Positions 36,659 through 46,632 of a stretch of 64,000 bases of DNA are shown piece by piece. A model generated the notes under the pieces. That model had not been told where the DNA came from, ran no database searches, and saw nothing but the letters and a program-made list of their open reading frames with translations. Each line of letters starts with the position of its first letter. Position 1 is the first letter of the stretch. Made by a program: the position numbers and the translations under genes. Source of the stretch: Pseudomonadota bacterium (GTDB lineage Bacteria > Pseudomonadota > Gammaproteobacteria > Burkholderiales > Casimicrobiaceae); assembly GCA_018241785.1 (NCBI GenBank), contig JAFEDF010000239.1:26144-90143 (forward strand). The letters run 5' to 3'.

Positions 36659-37687
36659 ATGACGGCCCCAGCCGATGAGCGCGTGCCGGCGCGCGGCGCC
36701 CGCACCCCGGCGGTCGACCCGAAGCGCGCGCTCTCGCTCGCGCGCAACGTCCTCGACACCGAAGCACGCGCGATCGCCGCGCTCGCGCAGCGCCTCGCCG
36801 GGCCTTTCGTGACTGCGGTCGAGCTGATGCTCGCCTGCCGCGGCCGTGTCGTCGTGTCGGGGATCGGCAAGTCGGGGCACGTCGCGCGCAAGGTCGCGGC
36901 GACTCTCGCGTCGACCGGCACCCCGGCGTTCTTCGTCCATCCGGCCGAGGCGAGCCACGGCGACCTCGGCATGATCACCTCAGACGACGTCGTCGTCATG
37001 CTGTCGAACTCGGGCGAGACCGACGAACTCCTGATGCTCGCCCCCCACCTGAAGCGGCAGGGTGCGCGGGTGATCGCGCTCACCGGCAACCGCGAGAGCT
37101 CGCTCGCGCAGGCGGCCGACGTGCACCTCGACGCCGCGGTCGACGGCGAGGCCGGCCCGCTCGGCCTCGCGCCGACGGCGAGCACGACCGCGGCGCTCGC
37201 CCTCGGCGACGCGCTCGCGCTGGCGCTCCTCGATGCACGCGGCTTCTCCGTCGAGGACTTCGCGCGTTCGCATCCCGGCGGAGCCCTCGGCCGCAGGCTC
37301 CTGACCCGCGTCGCCGACGTGATGCGTACCGGAGCCGCGATTCCCCGCGTGCACGAGGACGCGACGCTCGCGTCGGCGATCGTCGAAATGACCGGCAAGG
37401 GCATGGGGATGACGATCGTCGTCGGCGACGACGACCGCATCGCGGGCATCTTCACCGACCGCGACCTGCGCGACGCGCTCGCCGCCGGCGGCGATCCCAG
37501 GCACACCGGAGTCGCCGCGCACATGACGAGGACCCCGCGCACGATCGAGGCGGGCCGGCTCGCCGCCGATTGCGTCGTGCTGATGGAGACGGCGCCCAAG
37601 GTGCTGCAGCTCGTCGTCGTCGACGATGCCGGCCGTCTTGCCGGGGCCGTGCACATGCACGACCTGTTCGAGGCGCGGGTGATCTGA
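36659..37687 (+). CDS. kdsD: Arabinose-5-phosphate isomerase (KpsF/GutQ family)
   Basis: SIS domain GIGKSGHV, HPAEASHGDLG, APTASTT, FARSHPGGALG, tandem CBS domains. Confidence 0.96.
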   Translation: MTAPADERVPARGARTPAVDPKRALSLARNVLDTEARAIAALAQRLAGPFVTAVELMLACRGRVVVSGIGKSGHVARKVAATLASTGTPAFFVHPAEASHGDLGMITSDDVVVMLSNSGETDELLMLAPHLKRQGARVIALTGNRESSLAQAADVHLDAAVDGEAGPLGLAPTASTTAALALGDALALALLDARGFSVEDFARSHPGGALGRRLLTRVADVMRTGAAIPRVHEDATLASAIVEMTGKGMGMTIVVGDDDRIAGIFTDRDLRDALAAGGDPRHTGVAAHMTRTPRTIEAGRLAADCVVLMETAPKVLQLVVVDDAGRLAGAVHMHDLFEARVI

Positions 37688-38235
37688 TGGAGCGCGTCGG
37701 GCGCGCCACGATGAGCGCGGGCGAAATCGTCGATCGTGCGCGGCGCGTGCGGCTTCTGACCTGCGACGTCGACGGCGTGCTGACCGACGGGCGCATCTAC
37801 GTCGACGAGCGCGGCCGCGAGAGCAAGGCCTTCCATGCGCTCGACGGCATCGCCGTCGGGCTCCTCGCGCGGGCGGGGATCGCCGTCGGCTGGATCACCG
37901 GCAGCACGGCGCAGGCGGTGGCGCACCGCGCGCGCCAGCTCGGCGTGCCACACGTCGTGCAGGATGCGCGCGACAAGCTCGCTCCCTGGCTGCGGCTGAG
38001 GGGCGAGCTCGGCGTCGCGGCCGACGAGTGCGCGCACATCGGCGACGACCTCCCCGACCTGCCGGTGCTCGCCGCCTGCGGGCTCGCCGTCTGCGTGCCG
38101 CACGCGCCGGCACGCGTCATCGCGCACGCGCACTACGTGACGCTGCGCGAAGGCGGCTGCGGTGCAGTGCGCGAGCTCGCCGATCTCATCCTCGATGCGC
38201 AGGGGCACGGCGCCGGGCAGGCGGCCGGACGCTGA
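37687..38235 (+). CDS. kdsC: KDO 8-phosphate phosphatase (HAD)
   Basis: DVDGVLTDG, GDDLPD, GCGAVRELADLIL. Confidence 0.95.
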   Translation: MERVGRATMSAGEIVDRARRVRLLTCDVDGVLTDGRIYVDERGRESKAFHALDGIAVGLLARAGIAVGWITGSTAQAVAHRARQLGVPHVVQDARDKLAPWLRLRGELGVAADECAHIGDDLPDLPVLAACGLAVCVPHAPARVIAHAHYVTLREGGCGAVRELADLILDAQGHGAGQAAGR

Positions 38236-38853
38236 ATGGACCGCACGCGCGTCCTCGTCGATCGCCTCGTCGCGTGGTCGCCGGCGCTGCTCCTCGCCGG
38301 GCTCGCTGCGCTCACCTGGTGGCTCGATGCGCAGATCCAGCCGGCGGCGACGCGCGCAGACGGCTCGAAGCGCCACGATCCTGACCTCTTCCTGCAGGAT
38401 TTCCGTGCGCTCACCTTCGATGCCGCGGGCAACCTGCGTGAATCGCTGTCGGCGAAGCGCGCCGAGCACTTTCCCGACGACGACAGCACGGTGCTGACCG
38501 CCCCGATGCTGCTCCTCACGCAGACCGGGCGTCCGGCGCTGTCGGTGACGGCGGACCAGGGCATCGTCGCGGGCGATCGCGACAGCGGCGAGTTCAGGGG
38601 CAACGTGCGCGTCGTCCGCGAGGCCGGCCCCGCGGCGCAGGGCACGGATGCGACGGGCCCGGTCACGCTCACCACCGACAGCCTGCACGTCGAGGCGAAC
38701 GAACAGCGCGTCGATACGCGCGCAGCGGTGACGATCACGGAGCCGCGTGGAATAATCCGCGGCCGTGGCCTGACCTACGACAACAAGACGCACATCTTGC
38801 ACATCGATTCGAACGTGAGCGGAAGCCTCGCGCCGCGAGCGCTGCCGCAATGA
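38236..38853 (+). CDS. lptC: LPS export protein LptC
   Basis: Single N-terminal TM, HDPDLFL, HFPDDDS; position in the operon. Confidence 0.9.
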   Translation: MDRTRVLVDRLVAWSPALLLAGLAALTWWLDAQIQPAATRADGSKRHDPDLFLQDFRALTFDAAGNLRESLSAKRAEHFPDDDSTVLTAPMLLLTQTGRPALSVTADQGIVAGDRDSGEFRGNVRVVREAGPAAQGTDATGPVTLTTDSLHVEANEQRVDTRAAVTITEPRGIIRGRGLTYDNKTHILHIDSNVSGSLAPRALPQ

Positions 38854-39524
38854 GCGGCCGCGCCGGCACGCCGGACGCGCCCCGCGCGGGGCCGATCCGC
38901 GCCGCCGCGCTTGCGCTCGCGGCGACACTCGCGCTCGCCGCCGCGCCGGTCCATGCCGAGAAGGCCGACCGCGACAAGCCGATCAACTTCTCGGCCGACC
39001 AGCCGGCGCAGGTCGATTTCCAGAAGCGCGTCGGCACCTTGCGCGGCAACGTGGTCATCACGCAGGGAACGCTGTCGATCCACGCCGACCGCATCGACTT
39101 CAAGCAGAATCCGGACAACTCGCTCTCCGCGACCGCCTACGGCGATCCGGTGAGCTTCCGGCAGAAGAAGGACGGCTCGGACGAGTATTTCGAGGGCTAC
39201 GCGCAGAAAGCGGTCTACAACGGCGAGACGCAGACCCTCGAGCTCTTCGACCGCGCGCTCCTCAAGGAAGGCAAGAACGAATTGCGCAGCAACTACATCT
39301 CGTACAACGAGGCCACCGGCATCTTCAAGGCCGAAGGCCGCCCCGATGCGCCGGGAACCGAGGGTCCCGGCGCGCGCGTGCGCGGCGTGTTCCAGCCGCA
39401 CCCCGAAGGCGGCGCGGCGAAGGGCGCGGCCGGAACGGGCGCAGCCGCGGCGCCGCCTGCCGGGGGTGCGGCCGCCGGCCCGCCCCTCACGCTGACGCCC
39501 GACACGCGGCCACCGGGCAAGTGA
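38850..39524 (+). CDS. lptA: LPS transport periplasmic protein LptA
   Basis: Signal peptide, [29 protein letters not shown]. Confidence 0.93.
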   Translation: MSGRAGTPDAPRAGPIRAAALALAATLALAAAPVHAEKADRDKPINFSADQPAQVDFQKRVGTLRGNVVITQGTLSIHADRIDFKQNPDNSLSATAYGDPVSFRQKKDGSDEYFEGYAQKAVYNGETQTLELFDRALLKEGKNELRSNYISYNEATGIFKAEGRPDAPGTEGPGARVRGVFQPHPEGGAAKGAAGTGAAAAPPAGGAAAGPPLTLTPDTRPPGK

Positions 39525-40243
39525 GCGAGCTCAGGGCAGCGCACCTCAGGAAGCGCTACAAGACGCGCACCGTCGTGCACGACGTCTCGCTCGACGTCGC
39601 GAGCGGAGAGGTGGTCGGACTGCTCGGCCCCAACGGCGCCGGCAAGACGACGTGCTTCTACATGATCGTCGGCCTGGTCGCCGCCGACGGCGGCGGCATC
39701 GAACTCGACGGCGAGAACCTCTCGCGACTGCCGATCCACCGCCGTGCGCGCCGCGGGCTGTCGTACCTGCCGCAGGAAGCGTCGATCTTCCGCAAGCTGA
39801 CCGTTGCGCAGAACGTGCGCGCGATCCTCGAACTGCAGGGACTCGACGACGACACGCTCGCGAACCGTCTCGATGCGCTCCTGGACGACCTGTCGATCGC
39901 GCACCTCGCCGACGCGCCGGCGGTGTCGCTGTCGGGGGGTGAGCGCCGCCGCGTCGAGATCGCGCGTGCGCTCGCCACGCGCCCCCGCTTCATCCTGCTC
40001 GACGAGCCGTTCGCCGGAGTCGACCCGATCGCCGTCCTCGACATCCAGAAGATCATCGGATTCCTGAAGGAGCGCGGCATCGGCGTGCTGATCACCGACC
40101 ACAACGTGCGCGAGACGCTCGGCATCTGCGACCGCGCGTACATCATCAACGAAGGGCGGGTGCTCGCCTCGGGCGCGCCCGGTGAGATTGTCTATAATGA
40201 GGACGTAAGGAAGGTGTACCTGGGAGAGCACTTCCGACTCTGA
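39521..40243 (+). CDS. lptB: LPS export ABC ATP-binding protein LptB
   Basis: [43 protein letters not shown]. Confidence 0.97.
   Translation: MSELRAAHLRKRYKTRTVVHDVSLDVASGEVVGLLGPNGAGKTTCFYMIVGLVAADGGGIELDGENLSRLPIHRRARRGLSYLPQEASIFRKLTVAQNVRAILELQGLDDDTLANRLDALLDDLSIAHLADAPAVSLSGGERRRVEIARALATRPRFILLDEPFAGVDPIAVLDIQKIIGFLKERGIGVLITDHNVRETLGICDRAYIINEGRVLASGAPGEIVYNEDVRKVYLGEHFRL
40193..40198 (+). promoter_or_regulatory. TATAAT inside the lptB 3' end; candidate internal promoter for rpoN
   Basis: Perfect -10 built from AT-ending codons (ATT GTC TAT AAT) in an otherwise GC3-rich gene, 65 nt before the rpoN ATG. Confidence 0.5.
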
Positions 40244-40263
40244 GCGATGCACGTCAAGCGTGG

Positions 40264-41736
40264 ATGCCGGTGAAGCAGACGCTCCAACTCAAGTTATCGC
40301 AGCACCTCACGCTGACGCCGCAGCTCCAGCAGTCGATCAGGCTGCTGCAGCTGTCGACACTCGAGCTCAACGCCGAAGTCGAGCGCATGCTGCAGGAGAA
40401 CCCGCTGCTCGAGCGCGCGGAGGGTGAAGGCGACGACGAGCACGTCCCGCCTGCGATGCCGCTCGCCGGCCCGGGGCGCGCTGAGAGCGACGGGGAGCCG
40501 GCGCGCGGCGAAGCGGCGGACGACGATCGCGCGGCGCCCGCGCACGACGATCCCGCGATCGTCGCCGAATATGCCGAGTACGGCGGCTCCGACGCCGACT
40601 GGGGCAGCACGGGCTCCGGCGACGACGACGATTTCCTGCCGCAGCAGGTCGCCTCGAGCACGCTGCGCGAGCACCTGATCGGCCAGCTTGCGCTGCTCAA
40701 CCTGCCCCTCCGCGACCGGCAGCTCGCGACCGCGCTGATCGACGCGCTCGACGACGACGGCTACCTGCCGACCTCGCTCGAGGAGCTTGCGCGGCTGTTC
40801 CCCGAGGAACTCGAGCTCGAGCCCGAGGAGCTGTCGATCGCGCTCAAGTACGTGCAGAGCTTCGAGCCTGCCGGCGTCGGTGCACGCGACTGCGCCGAAT
40901 GCCTCGCGCTGCAGCTGAAGGCGCTGCCCGCCGGCACGCCGCGCCGCGACGACGCGCTGAAGGTCGTCGACGGCCACCTGATGCTCCTCGCGAGCCGCGA
41001 CTTCACCAAGCTGAAGCGGCTCCTGCGCACCGACGACGCCGGCGTGCGGCAGGTGCGCGACCTCATCCGCAGCCTCAACCCGAAACCCGGCGCGGCGTTC
41101 GCGAAGACCGAGGCGAACTATGTCGTTCCCGACGTCATCGTGCGCAAGGTCAAGAATCAGTGGGTGGCGGCGTTGAACGAAGCGGCAATGCCGAAGCTGC
41201 GGCTGAACCGCATCTACGCCGACATCCTCACGCGCAATCGCGAGAGCTCGAACCAGCAGCTCGCCGCGCAGCTGCAGGAGGCCAAGTGGCTGATCCGCAA
41301 CGTCCAGCAGCGCTTCGACACGATCCTGCGCGTGGCCCGCGCGATCGTCGAGCGCCAGCGGCGCTTCTTCGAGCACGGCGAGGTCGCGATGCGGCCGATG
41401 GTGCTGCGCGAGATCGCCGACATGCTGTCGCTGCACGAGTCGACGATCTCGCGGGTCACCACGCAGAAGTACATGCTGACGCCGCGCGGCACCTTCGAGC
41501 TCAAGTACTTCTTCGGCAGCCACGTCGCCACCGATACCGGCGGGGCCGCCTCGGCGACGGCGATCCGGGCGCTCATCAAGCAGCTGATCGCCGCGGAGAA
41601 TGCCAGCGCGCCGCTGACCGACAGCCGGATTGCCGAGCTTCTCGGCGAACAGGGTATTCTGGTGGCACGCCGCACGATCGCGAAATACCGCGAGGCGCTG
41701 CAGATTCCGCCCGTGAACATGCGCAAGGCCCTTTGA
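40264..41736 (+). CDS. rpoN: RNA polymerase sigma-54 factor
   Basis: Region [25 protein letters not shown], RpoN box [10 protein letters not shown]. Confidence 0.98.
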   Translation: MPVKQTLQLKLSQHLTLTPQLQQSIRLLQLSTLELNAEVERMLQENPLLERAEGEGDDEHVPPAMPLAGPGRAESDGEPARGEAADDDRAAPAHDDPAIVAEYAEYGGSDADWGSTGSGDDDDFLPQQVASSTLREHLIGQLALLNLPLRDRQLATALIDALDDDGYLPTSLEELARLFPEELELEPEELSIALKYVQSFEPAGVGARDCAECLALQLKALPAGTPRRDDALKVVDGHLMLLASRDFTKLKRLLRTDDAGVRQVRDLIRSLNPKPGAAFAKTEANYVVPDVIVRKVKNQWVAALNEAAMPKLRLNRIYADILTRNRESSNQQLAAQLQEAKWLIRNVQQRFDTILRVARAIVERQRRFFEHGEVAMRPMVLREIADMLSLHESTISRVTTQKYMLTPRGTFELKYFFGSHVATDTGGAASATAIRALIKQLIAAENASAPLTDSRIAELLGEQGILVARRTIAKYREALQIPPVNMRKAL

Positions 41737-41818
41737 CGCCCCGACCGGGGACCCGACGCGCCACCGCTTCCCGAGGGACCTCGCCTGCGCCGACCACGCA
41801 GTCCACCAGGAGCGCCTG

Positions 41819-42166
41819 ATGAACCTGACCCTCACCGGCAATCACCTCGACATCACCCCTGCCATCCGCGCATACGTCGTCGCCAAGCTCGAGCGGATCA
41901 ACCGGCATTTCGACCACGTGATCGACGTGAGCGTCGTGCTCGCCGTCGACAAGCTGCGCCAGATCGTCGAAGCCAACGTCCACGTGCGCGGCAAGGACCT
42001 CCACGCCGAGAGCGTCGATGCCGACATGTACGCCGCCATCGACCTCCTCGCCGACAAGCTCGACCGCCAGGTGCTCCGGCACAAGGAGAAGCGCCGCACC
42101 CACCGCGTCGAGGCGACACCGGTCGCACGCACGATGGCGCGCGGCGGGAGCGGCGGCGCCGCGTAG
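41819..42166 (+). CDS. hpf: Ribosome hibernation promoting factor
   Basis: TGNHLDITPAIR, DMYAAIDLLADKLDRQV. Confidence 0.95.
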   Translation: MNLTLTGNHLDITPAIRAYVVAKLERINRHFDHVIDVSVVLAVDKLRQIVEANVHVRGKDLHAESVDADMYAAIDLLADKLDRQVLRHKEKRRTHRVEATPVARTMARGGSGGAA

Positions 42167-42194
42167 TTCGCGCGCCGCGGCACGGAATCCCGCC

Positions 42195-42689
42195 ATGGGC
42201 GAGATCGCGAAGCTGTTGCCGCGCGCCAACATCGTCACCGGCCTCGACGTCGCCGACAAGGCACAGTTCTTCGCGGCGATCAGCCAGGTCTTCGAGCATG
42301 GCTCGGGTCTCGCGCGGGCCGGCGTCGCGGCGAGCCTCGCCGCGCGCGAGAAGCTCGGCTCGACCGGCCTTGGCCAGGGAGTCGCGATCCCCCACGGCCG
42401 CATCAAGGGCCTGCGCGAGCCGGTCGGCGCATATGCACGCCTGCTCCATCCGATCGGGTTCGGCGCCCCCGACGGCCGGCCGGTGACGCATTCGTTCGTC
42501 CTGCTCGTTCCCGCCGAAGCGACCGAGCGCCACCTCGAGCTCCTTTCCGAACTCGCCCAGATGTTCTCGGACGCGGCCTTTCGCGAGCGCCTCGCGCACG
42601 CCGCGGGCGCCGACGACATCGCCGCACTGTTCGATTCGTGGGGTCAGGTCTTGCCTTTTGCCCCCGCGGGGGCAAAAGGCAAGACCTGA
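42195..42689 (+). CDS. ptsN: PTS IIA-Ntr protein, C-terminus extended by a palindromic repeat
   Basis: REKLGSTGLGQGVAIPHGR (phospho-His), HLELLSELA. The last 15 or so codons are encoded by the palindrome. Confidence 0.94.
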   Translation: MGEIAKLLPRANIVTGLDVADKAQFFAAISQVFEHGSGLARAGVAASLAAREKLGSTGLGQGVAIPHGRIKGLREPVGAYARLLHPIGFGAPDGRPVTHSFVLLVPAEATERHLELLSELAQMFSDAAFRERLAHAAGADDIAALFDSWGQVLPFAPAGAKGKT

Positions 42690-42695
42690 CCCCAC
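42638..42695. repeat. Perfect 58-bp palindrome (REP/MITE-like), followed by a 12-bp tandem duplication TGACCCCACCCG (42687-42710)
   Basis: GTGGGGTCAGGTCTTGCCTTTTGCCCCCG|CGGGGGCAAAAGGCAAGACCTGACCCCAC: two 29-bp arms with no spacer. Confidence 0.93.
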
Positions 42696-42713
42696 CCGTG
42701 ACCCCACCCGCGC

Positions 42714-43661
42714 ATGCACCAGATCTCAGTCGGCACGCTGATCGAGCACAACCGCGAGCGCCTCGGACTCGTCTGGCTGGCGGGCCGCGGCGGAGGCGAG
42801 CGCGCGCTGGTCGGCGAGAGTTCGCTGCGCCCGACGATCGGCCAGGTCGGGCACATGAACCTGATCCATCCGTTTCGCGTGCAGATTCTCGGCGCCGCGG
42901 AAACGGCGTGGCTCAACGCGCTTCCCGAGGACGAGCTCAAGCACTCGATCGATCGCCTCTTCACGAGCGAGCTCGCAGCGGTGGTCGTCGGCAACGGCGA
43001 GCCGGTGCCGCCGCACCTCGTCGCGCGCTGCGAGCAGCACGGCATCGCACTCGTCACGTCGCAGGTGCCTTCGCCGCACATCGTCGACGTCTTCCGCATC
43101 TACCTGCAGCGTGTGCTCGCCGAGTCGACGACGCTGCACGGCGTGTTCCTCGACGTGCTCGAGCTCGGCGTGCTGATCACCGGAGCTTCGGCGATCGGCA
43201 AGAGCGAGCTCGCGCTCGAGCTCATCTCGCGCGGCAACGGCCTCATCGCCGACGACATCGTCGAGCTCTACCGGATCTCGCCCGACACGATCGAGGGGCG
43301 CTGCCCGCCGGTGCTCCGCGATTTCCTCGAAGTGCGCGGCATCGGCATCCTCAACATCCGCACGATCTTCGGGGAGACCGCGGTGCGGCCGCACAAGCTG
43401 CTGCGCCTGATCGTGCACCTCGAGGACCACGGCAACGAGGCGTTTACCGACCTCGACCGCCTGCAGGTCAACGCGACCTTCCAGGAGGTGCTGGCGGTGC
43501 CGATCCGCAAGGTGACGATCCCGGTTGCGGCGGGACGCAACCTCGCCGTGCTGGTCGAGGCGGCAGTGCGCAATTTCGTCCTCAACCAGCGCGGCATCGA
43601 CAGCACGCGCGAGTTCATCGAGCGCCAGCAGAGGCTGATGGACACCGGGCACGGCAGCTGA
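42714..43661 (+). CDS. hprK: HPr kinase/phosphorylase
   Basis: HGVFLDV, Walker A GASAIGKSE, LIADD, LEVRGIGILN, PVAAGRNLA. Confidence 0.96.
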   Translation: MHQISVGTLIEHNRERLGLVWLAGRGGGERALVGESSLRPTIGQVGHMNLIHPFRVQILGAAETAWLNALPEDELKHSIDRLFTSELAAVVVGNGEPVPPHLVARCEQHGIALVTSQVPSPHIVDVFRIYLQRVLAESTTLHGVFLDVLELGVLITGASAIGKSELALELISRGNGLIADDIVELYRISPDTIEGRCPPVLRDFLEVRGIGILNIRTIFGETAVRPHKLLRLIVHLEDHGNEAFTDLDRLQVNATFQEVLAVPIRKVTIPVAAGRNLAVLVEAAVRNFVLNQRGIDSTREFIERQQRLMDTGHGS

Positions 43662-43688
43662 CTGCCATCGCGCCGGAAAGCCTCGCAC

Positions 43689-44534
43689 ATGGACGTCCTA
43701 TTGATCGGCGGCGTGTCGGGCTCGGGCAAGAGCGTGGCGCTGGCGGCGTTCGAGGATTCCGGGTACTACACGGTCAACAACCTGCCGGTGCCCCTCGTCA
43801 TGGCGACGGCCGACTACCTCGCCGGCGCCGGCCGCGAGCGCGTCGCGCTGGCACTCGACGTCAGGACCGGCCCGGGTCTGCCCGGCCTCGCCGAAGCGAT
43901 GCGCGCGCTCGAGGCGCGCGGCTGGCAGGCGCGCTTCCTCTACCTCGACGCCTCGGTCGAGGCGCTCGTCAAGCGCTTCTCGGAGACGCGCCGGCGCCAT
44001 CCGTTCTCCAACGACGAGCGCACGCTCACCGAGGCGATCGAGTACGAGCGCGCGCTCCTCGCCGCGGTGCGCGACCTCGGCATCGTATTCGACACGAGCG
44101 AGCTTCCCGCCGCGGGACTGCGCGCGTGGATCAAGGATTTCGTATCGCTCGATCCGTCGAAGCTCACGCTGCAGATCGGCTCGTTCGGATTCAAGCACGG
44201 CGTGCCGCTCGACTCGGACCTCGTTTTCGACGTGCGCTGCCTGCCCAATCCGCACTACGAGCCCGCGCTCGCCCCGCTGTCGGGGCGTGACCCGCCGGTG
44301 GTCCGGTTCCTCGAGACGATTCCCGAGGTCGAGCGGATGTACGGCGACATCTACCACTTCATCGCGAGCTGGCTTCCCGATTACGCGCGCGACAACCGCA
44401 ACTACCTGACGGTGGCGATCGGCTGCACCGGAGGACGCCACCGCTCGGTGTACCTCGTCGAGCGGCTCGCCCGCGCGTTCTCGCCGCGCTACCAGGTGCT
44501 GGTCCGCCACCGCGACCTCGCGGTTCCCGCATGA
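43689..44534 (+). CDS. rapZ: RNase adapter RapZ
   Basis: GVSGSGKS, FSETRRRHP, SFGFKHGVP, DVRCLPNP, IGCTGGRHRSV. Confidence 0.96.
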   Translation: MDVLLIGGVSGSGKSVALAAFEDSGYYTVNNLPVPLVMATADYLAGAGRERVALALDVRTGPGLPGLAEAMRALEARGWQARFLYLDASVEALVKRFSETRRRHPFSNDERTLTEAIEYERALLAAVRDLGIVFDTSELPAAGLRAWIKDFVSLDPSKLTLQIGSFGFKHGVPLDSDLVFDVRCLPNPHYEPALAPLSGRDPPVVRFLETIPEVERMYGDIYHFIASWLPDYARDNRNYLTVAIGCTGGRHRSVYLVERLARAFSPRYQVLVRHRDLAVPA

Positions 44535-45178
44535 GCGCGCCGCGCCGGATCACGCTCGCCTTCACCGGGGCCTCGGGCATGCCCTACGGCCTGCGCCTGC
44601 TCGAGAGCCTGCTCGCCGCGGGTGCCGAAGTGCACGTCGTCTACTCGGCGGCGGCGCAGATCGTCATGCATCAGGAATGCTCGCTCGCCCTGCCCGCGCA
44701 GCCGCGCGAAGCCGAGCGCGTGCTCGCTGGCCGGTGCGCCACGTCCGCGGGGCGGCTCGTCGTTTATGGGCGCGACGACTGGCTCGCGCCGATGGCATCG
44801 GGATCGAATCCCGACGACGGCATGGCGATCTGCCCGTGCACGATGGGAGCGCTCGGCGCGATCGCCGGCGGGCTCGCCGACAACCTGATCGAGCGCGCCG
44901 CCGACGTGATGCTTAAGGAGCGCCGCCCGCTCGTGCTGGTGCCACGCGAGACGCCGCTCTCGGCGATCCACCTCGAGAACATGCTCAAGCTCGCGCGCGC
45001 GGGCGCGGTCATCCTGCCGCCCGCCCCCGGCTTCTACACGCAGCCGCAATCGGTCGGCGACCTCGTCGACTTCGTCGTCGCGCGCGTGCTCGATCACCTC
45101 GGCTTCGCCAACGCGCTCGCACCCCGCTGGGGCGAGGAGCGCCGGCGCGGGCAAGCTGCCGGACCGGGGCCGCTATAA
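44531..45178 (+). CDS. ubiX: Flavin prenyltransferase UbiX
   Basis: TGASGMPYG, MASGS, ERAADVMLKERR, PRETP, IHLENML, PGFY. Confidence 0.96.
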   Translation: MSAPRRITLAFTGASGMPYGLRLLESLLAAGAEVHVVYSAAAQIVMHQECSLALPAQPREAERVLAGRCATSAGRLVVYGRDDWLAPMASGSNPDDGMAICPCTMGALGAIAGGLADNLIERAADVMLKERRPLVLVPRETPLSAIHLENMLKLARAGAVILPPAPGFYTQPQSVGDLVDFVVARVLDHLGFANALAPRWGEERRRGQAAGPGPL

Positions 45179-45179
45179 T
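45174..45179 (+). promoter_or_regulatory. -10 box TATAAT overlapping the ubiX stop codon; promoter for the yebC-ruv-tol cluster
   Basis: C-TA-TAA-T: the ubiX TAA is part of the hexamer. Confidence 0.55.
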
Positions 45180-45301
45180 CCGCCGCGACGATCCGGAAAC
45201 CGTACGTCGAACGTACTCCGGCGGACGCATTCACCATCGAAGACGCCGTGCGCGGCGCGGGCCCGGCCGCCGCCGGCGCCGGAACCTGCTTCGGGGAAGC
45301 C

Positions 45302-46030
45302 ATGGCCGGCCACAGCAAGTGGGCGAACATCAAGCATCGCAAGGCCGCGACCGACGCGAAGCGCGGCAAGATCTTCACGCGCCTCATCAAGGAGATCACC
45401 GTCGCAGCGCGTCTCGGCGGAGGCGATATCACAGCCAACCCGCGCCTTCGCCTCGCCGTCGACAAGGCGCGCGAGCAGAACATGCCGAAGGACACGATCG
45501 ACAACGCGATCCGGCGCGGATCGGGCCAGCTCGAAGGGGTGACCTACGAGGAGGTGCGCTACGAGGGTTACGGCATCGGCGGCGCCGCGGTGATCGTCGA
45601 CGCGATGACCGACAACCGCACGCGCACGGTGGCCGACGTGCGCCACGCGTTCTCCAAGTACGGCGGCAATCTCGGGACCGACGGATCGGTCGCGTTCCTG
45701 TTCAGGCACTGCGGCCAGATCGTGTTTGCGCCCGGCACTGACGAGAACAGGGTGATCGAGGCGGCGATCGACGCCGGCGCCGAGGACGTCGTCACCAGCG
45801 ACGACGGCAGCATCGAGGTAACGACCGGACCCTACGACTTCATCGCAGTGCGCGACGCTCTCGCGAAAGCGGGCCTGCACGCCGAGTTCGCCGAGGTCGC
45901 GATGAAGCCGCAGAACGAAGTCGAGCTCGCCGGCGAGGACGGCGAGCGGATGCAGAAGCTCCTCGACGCGCTCGAGGCAGTCGACGACGTGCAGAACGTC
46001 TATACGTCGGCGGTGATCGTCGCGTCCTGA
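45302..46030 (+). CDS. yebC: YebC/PmpR family protein
   Basis: [32 protein letters not shown]. Confidence 0.97.
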   Translation: MAGHSKWANIKHRKAATDAKRGKIFTRLIKEITVAARLGGGDITANPRLRLAVDKAREQNMPKDTIDNAIRRGSGQLEGVTYEEVRYEGYGIGGAAVIVDAMTDNRTRTVADVRHAFSKYGGNLGTDGSVAFLFRHCGQIVFAPGTDENRVIEAAIDAGAEDVVTSDDGSIEVTTGPYDFIAVRDALAKAGLHAEFAEVAMKPQNEVELAGEDGERMQKLLDALEAVDDVQNVYTSAVIVAS

Positions 46031-46083
46031 CCGCATCGGCATGCCGGTGCCGTCCGCAAACCGTCACCCGTGAATCGCCGCCC

Positions 46084-46632
46084 GTGAATCGTCGTCCGAG
46101 CCCGGCTCTGCGGCGCATCCTCGGCATCGATCCTGGGCTGCGCATCACCGGCTTCGGGGTGCTCGACCTTCGCGGCAACGCGCTCGCCTACGTCACCAGC
46201 GGCTGCATCCGCGCGACCGGCACGAGCCTGCCCATCCGGCTGGGCGTGATCGTGCGCGATCTCGCCCAGGTGATCGCCGAGCAGAACCCGACCGAAGTCG
46301 CGATCGAGCGCGTATTCGTCAACGTGAACCCGAACACGACGCTGCTGCTCGGCCAGGCGCGCGGCGCGGCGATCGCCGCGGCGGTCATCGCCGGACTGCC
46401 GGTCAGCGAATACACGGCGGGGCAGGTCAAGCAGGCGGTCGCCGGCGTCGGGCGCGCGCCGAAAGCGCAGGTGCAGGAGATGGTGCGAAGGCTGCTGCTC
46501 CTTCCCGGACGGCCTGCGGTCGATGCCGCCGATGCCCTCGCCGCGGCGATCTGCCACGCCCACGCATCGACGGGCGTCGGCGCGCTGACGCAGCGAAGCG
46601 CGCGCGCGGGACGCGTGCGCCCTGCCGCATGA
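46084..46632 (+). CDS. ruvC: Holliday junction resolvase RuvC
   Basis: [33 protein letters not shown]. Confidence 0.96.
   Translation: MNRRPSPALRRILGIDPGLRITGFGVLDLRGNALAYVTSGCIRATGTSLPIRLGVIVRDLAQVIAEQNPTEVAIERVFVNVNPNTTLLLGQARGAAIAAAVIAGLPVSEYTAGQVKQAVAGVGRAPKAQVQEMVRRLLLLPGRPAVDAADALAAAICHAHASTGVGALTQRSARAGRVRPAA

Noticed and set aside
42638-42710. Palindrome as a CRISPR repeat or an IS end
   Set aside because: No repeat-spacer array, cas gene or transposase in the window; also not a typical rho-independent terminator, since it has no loop and no distal U-tract.
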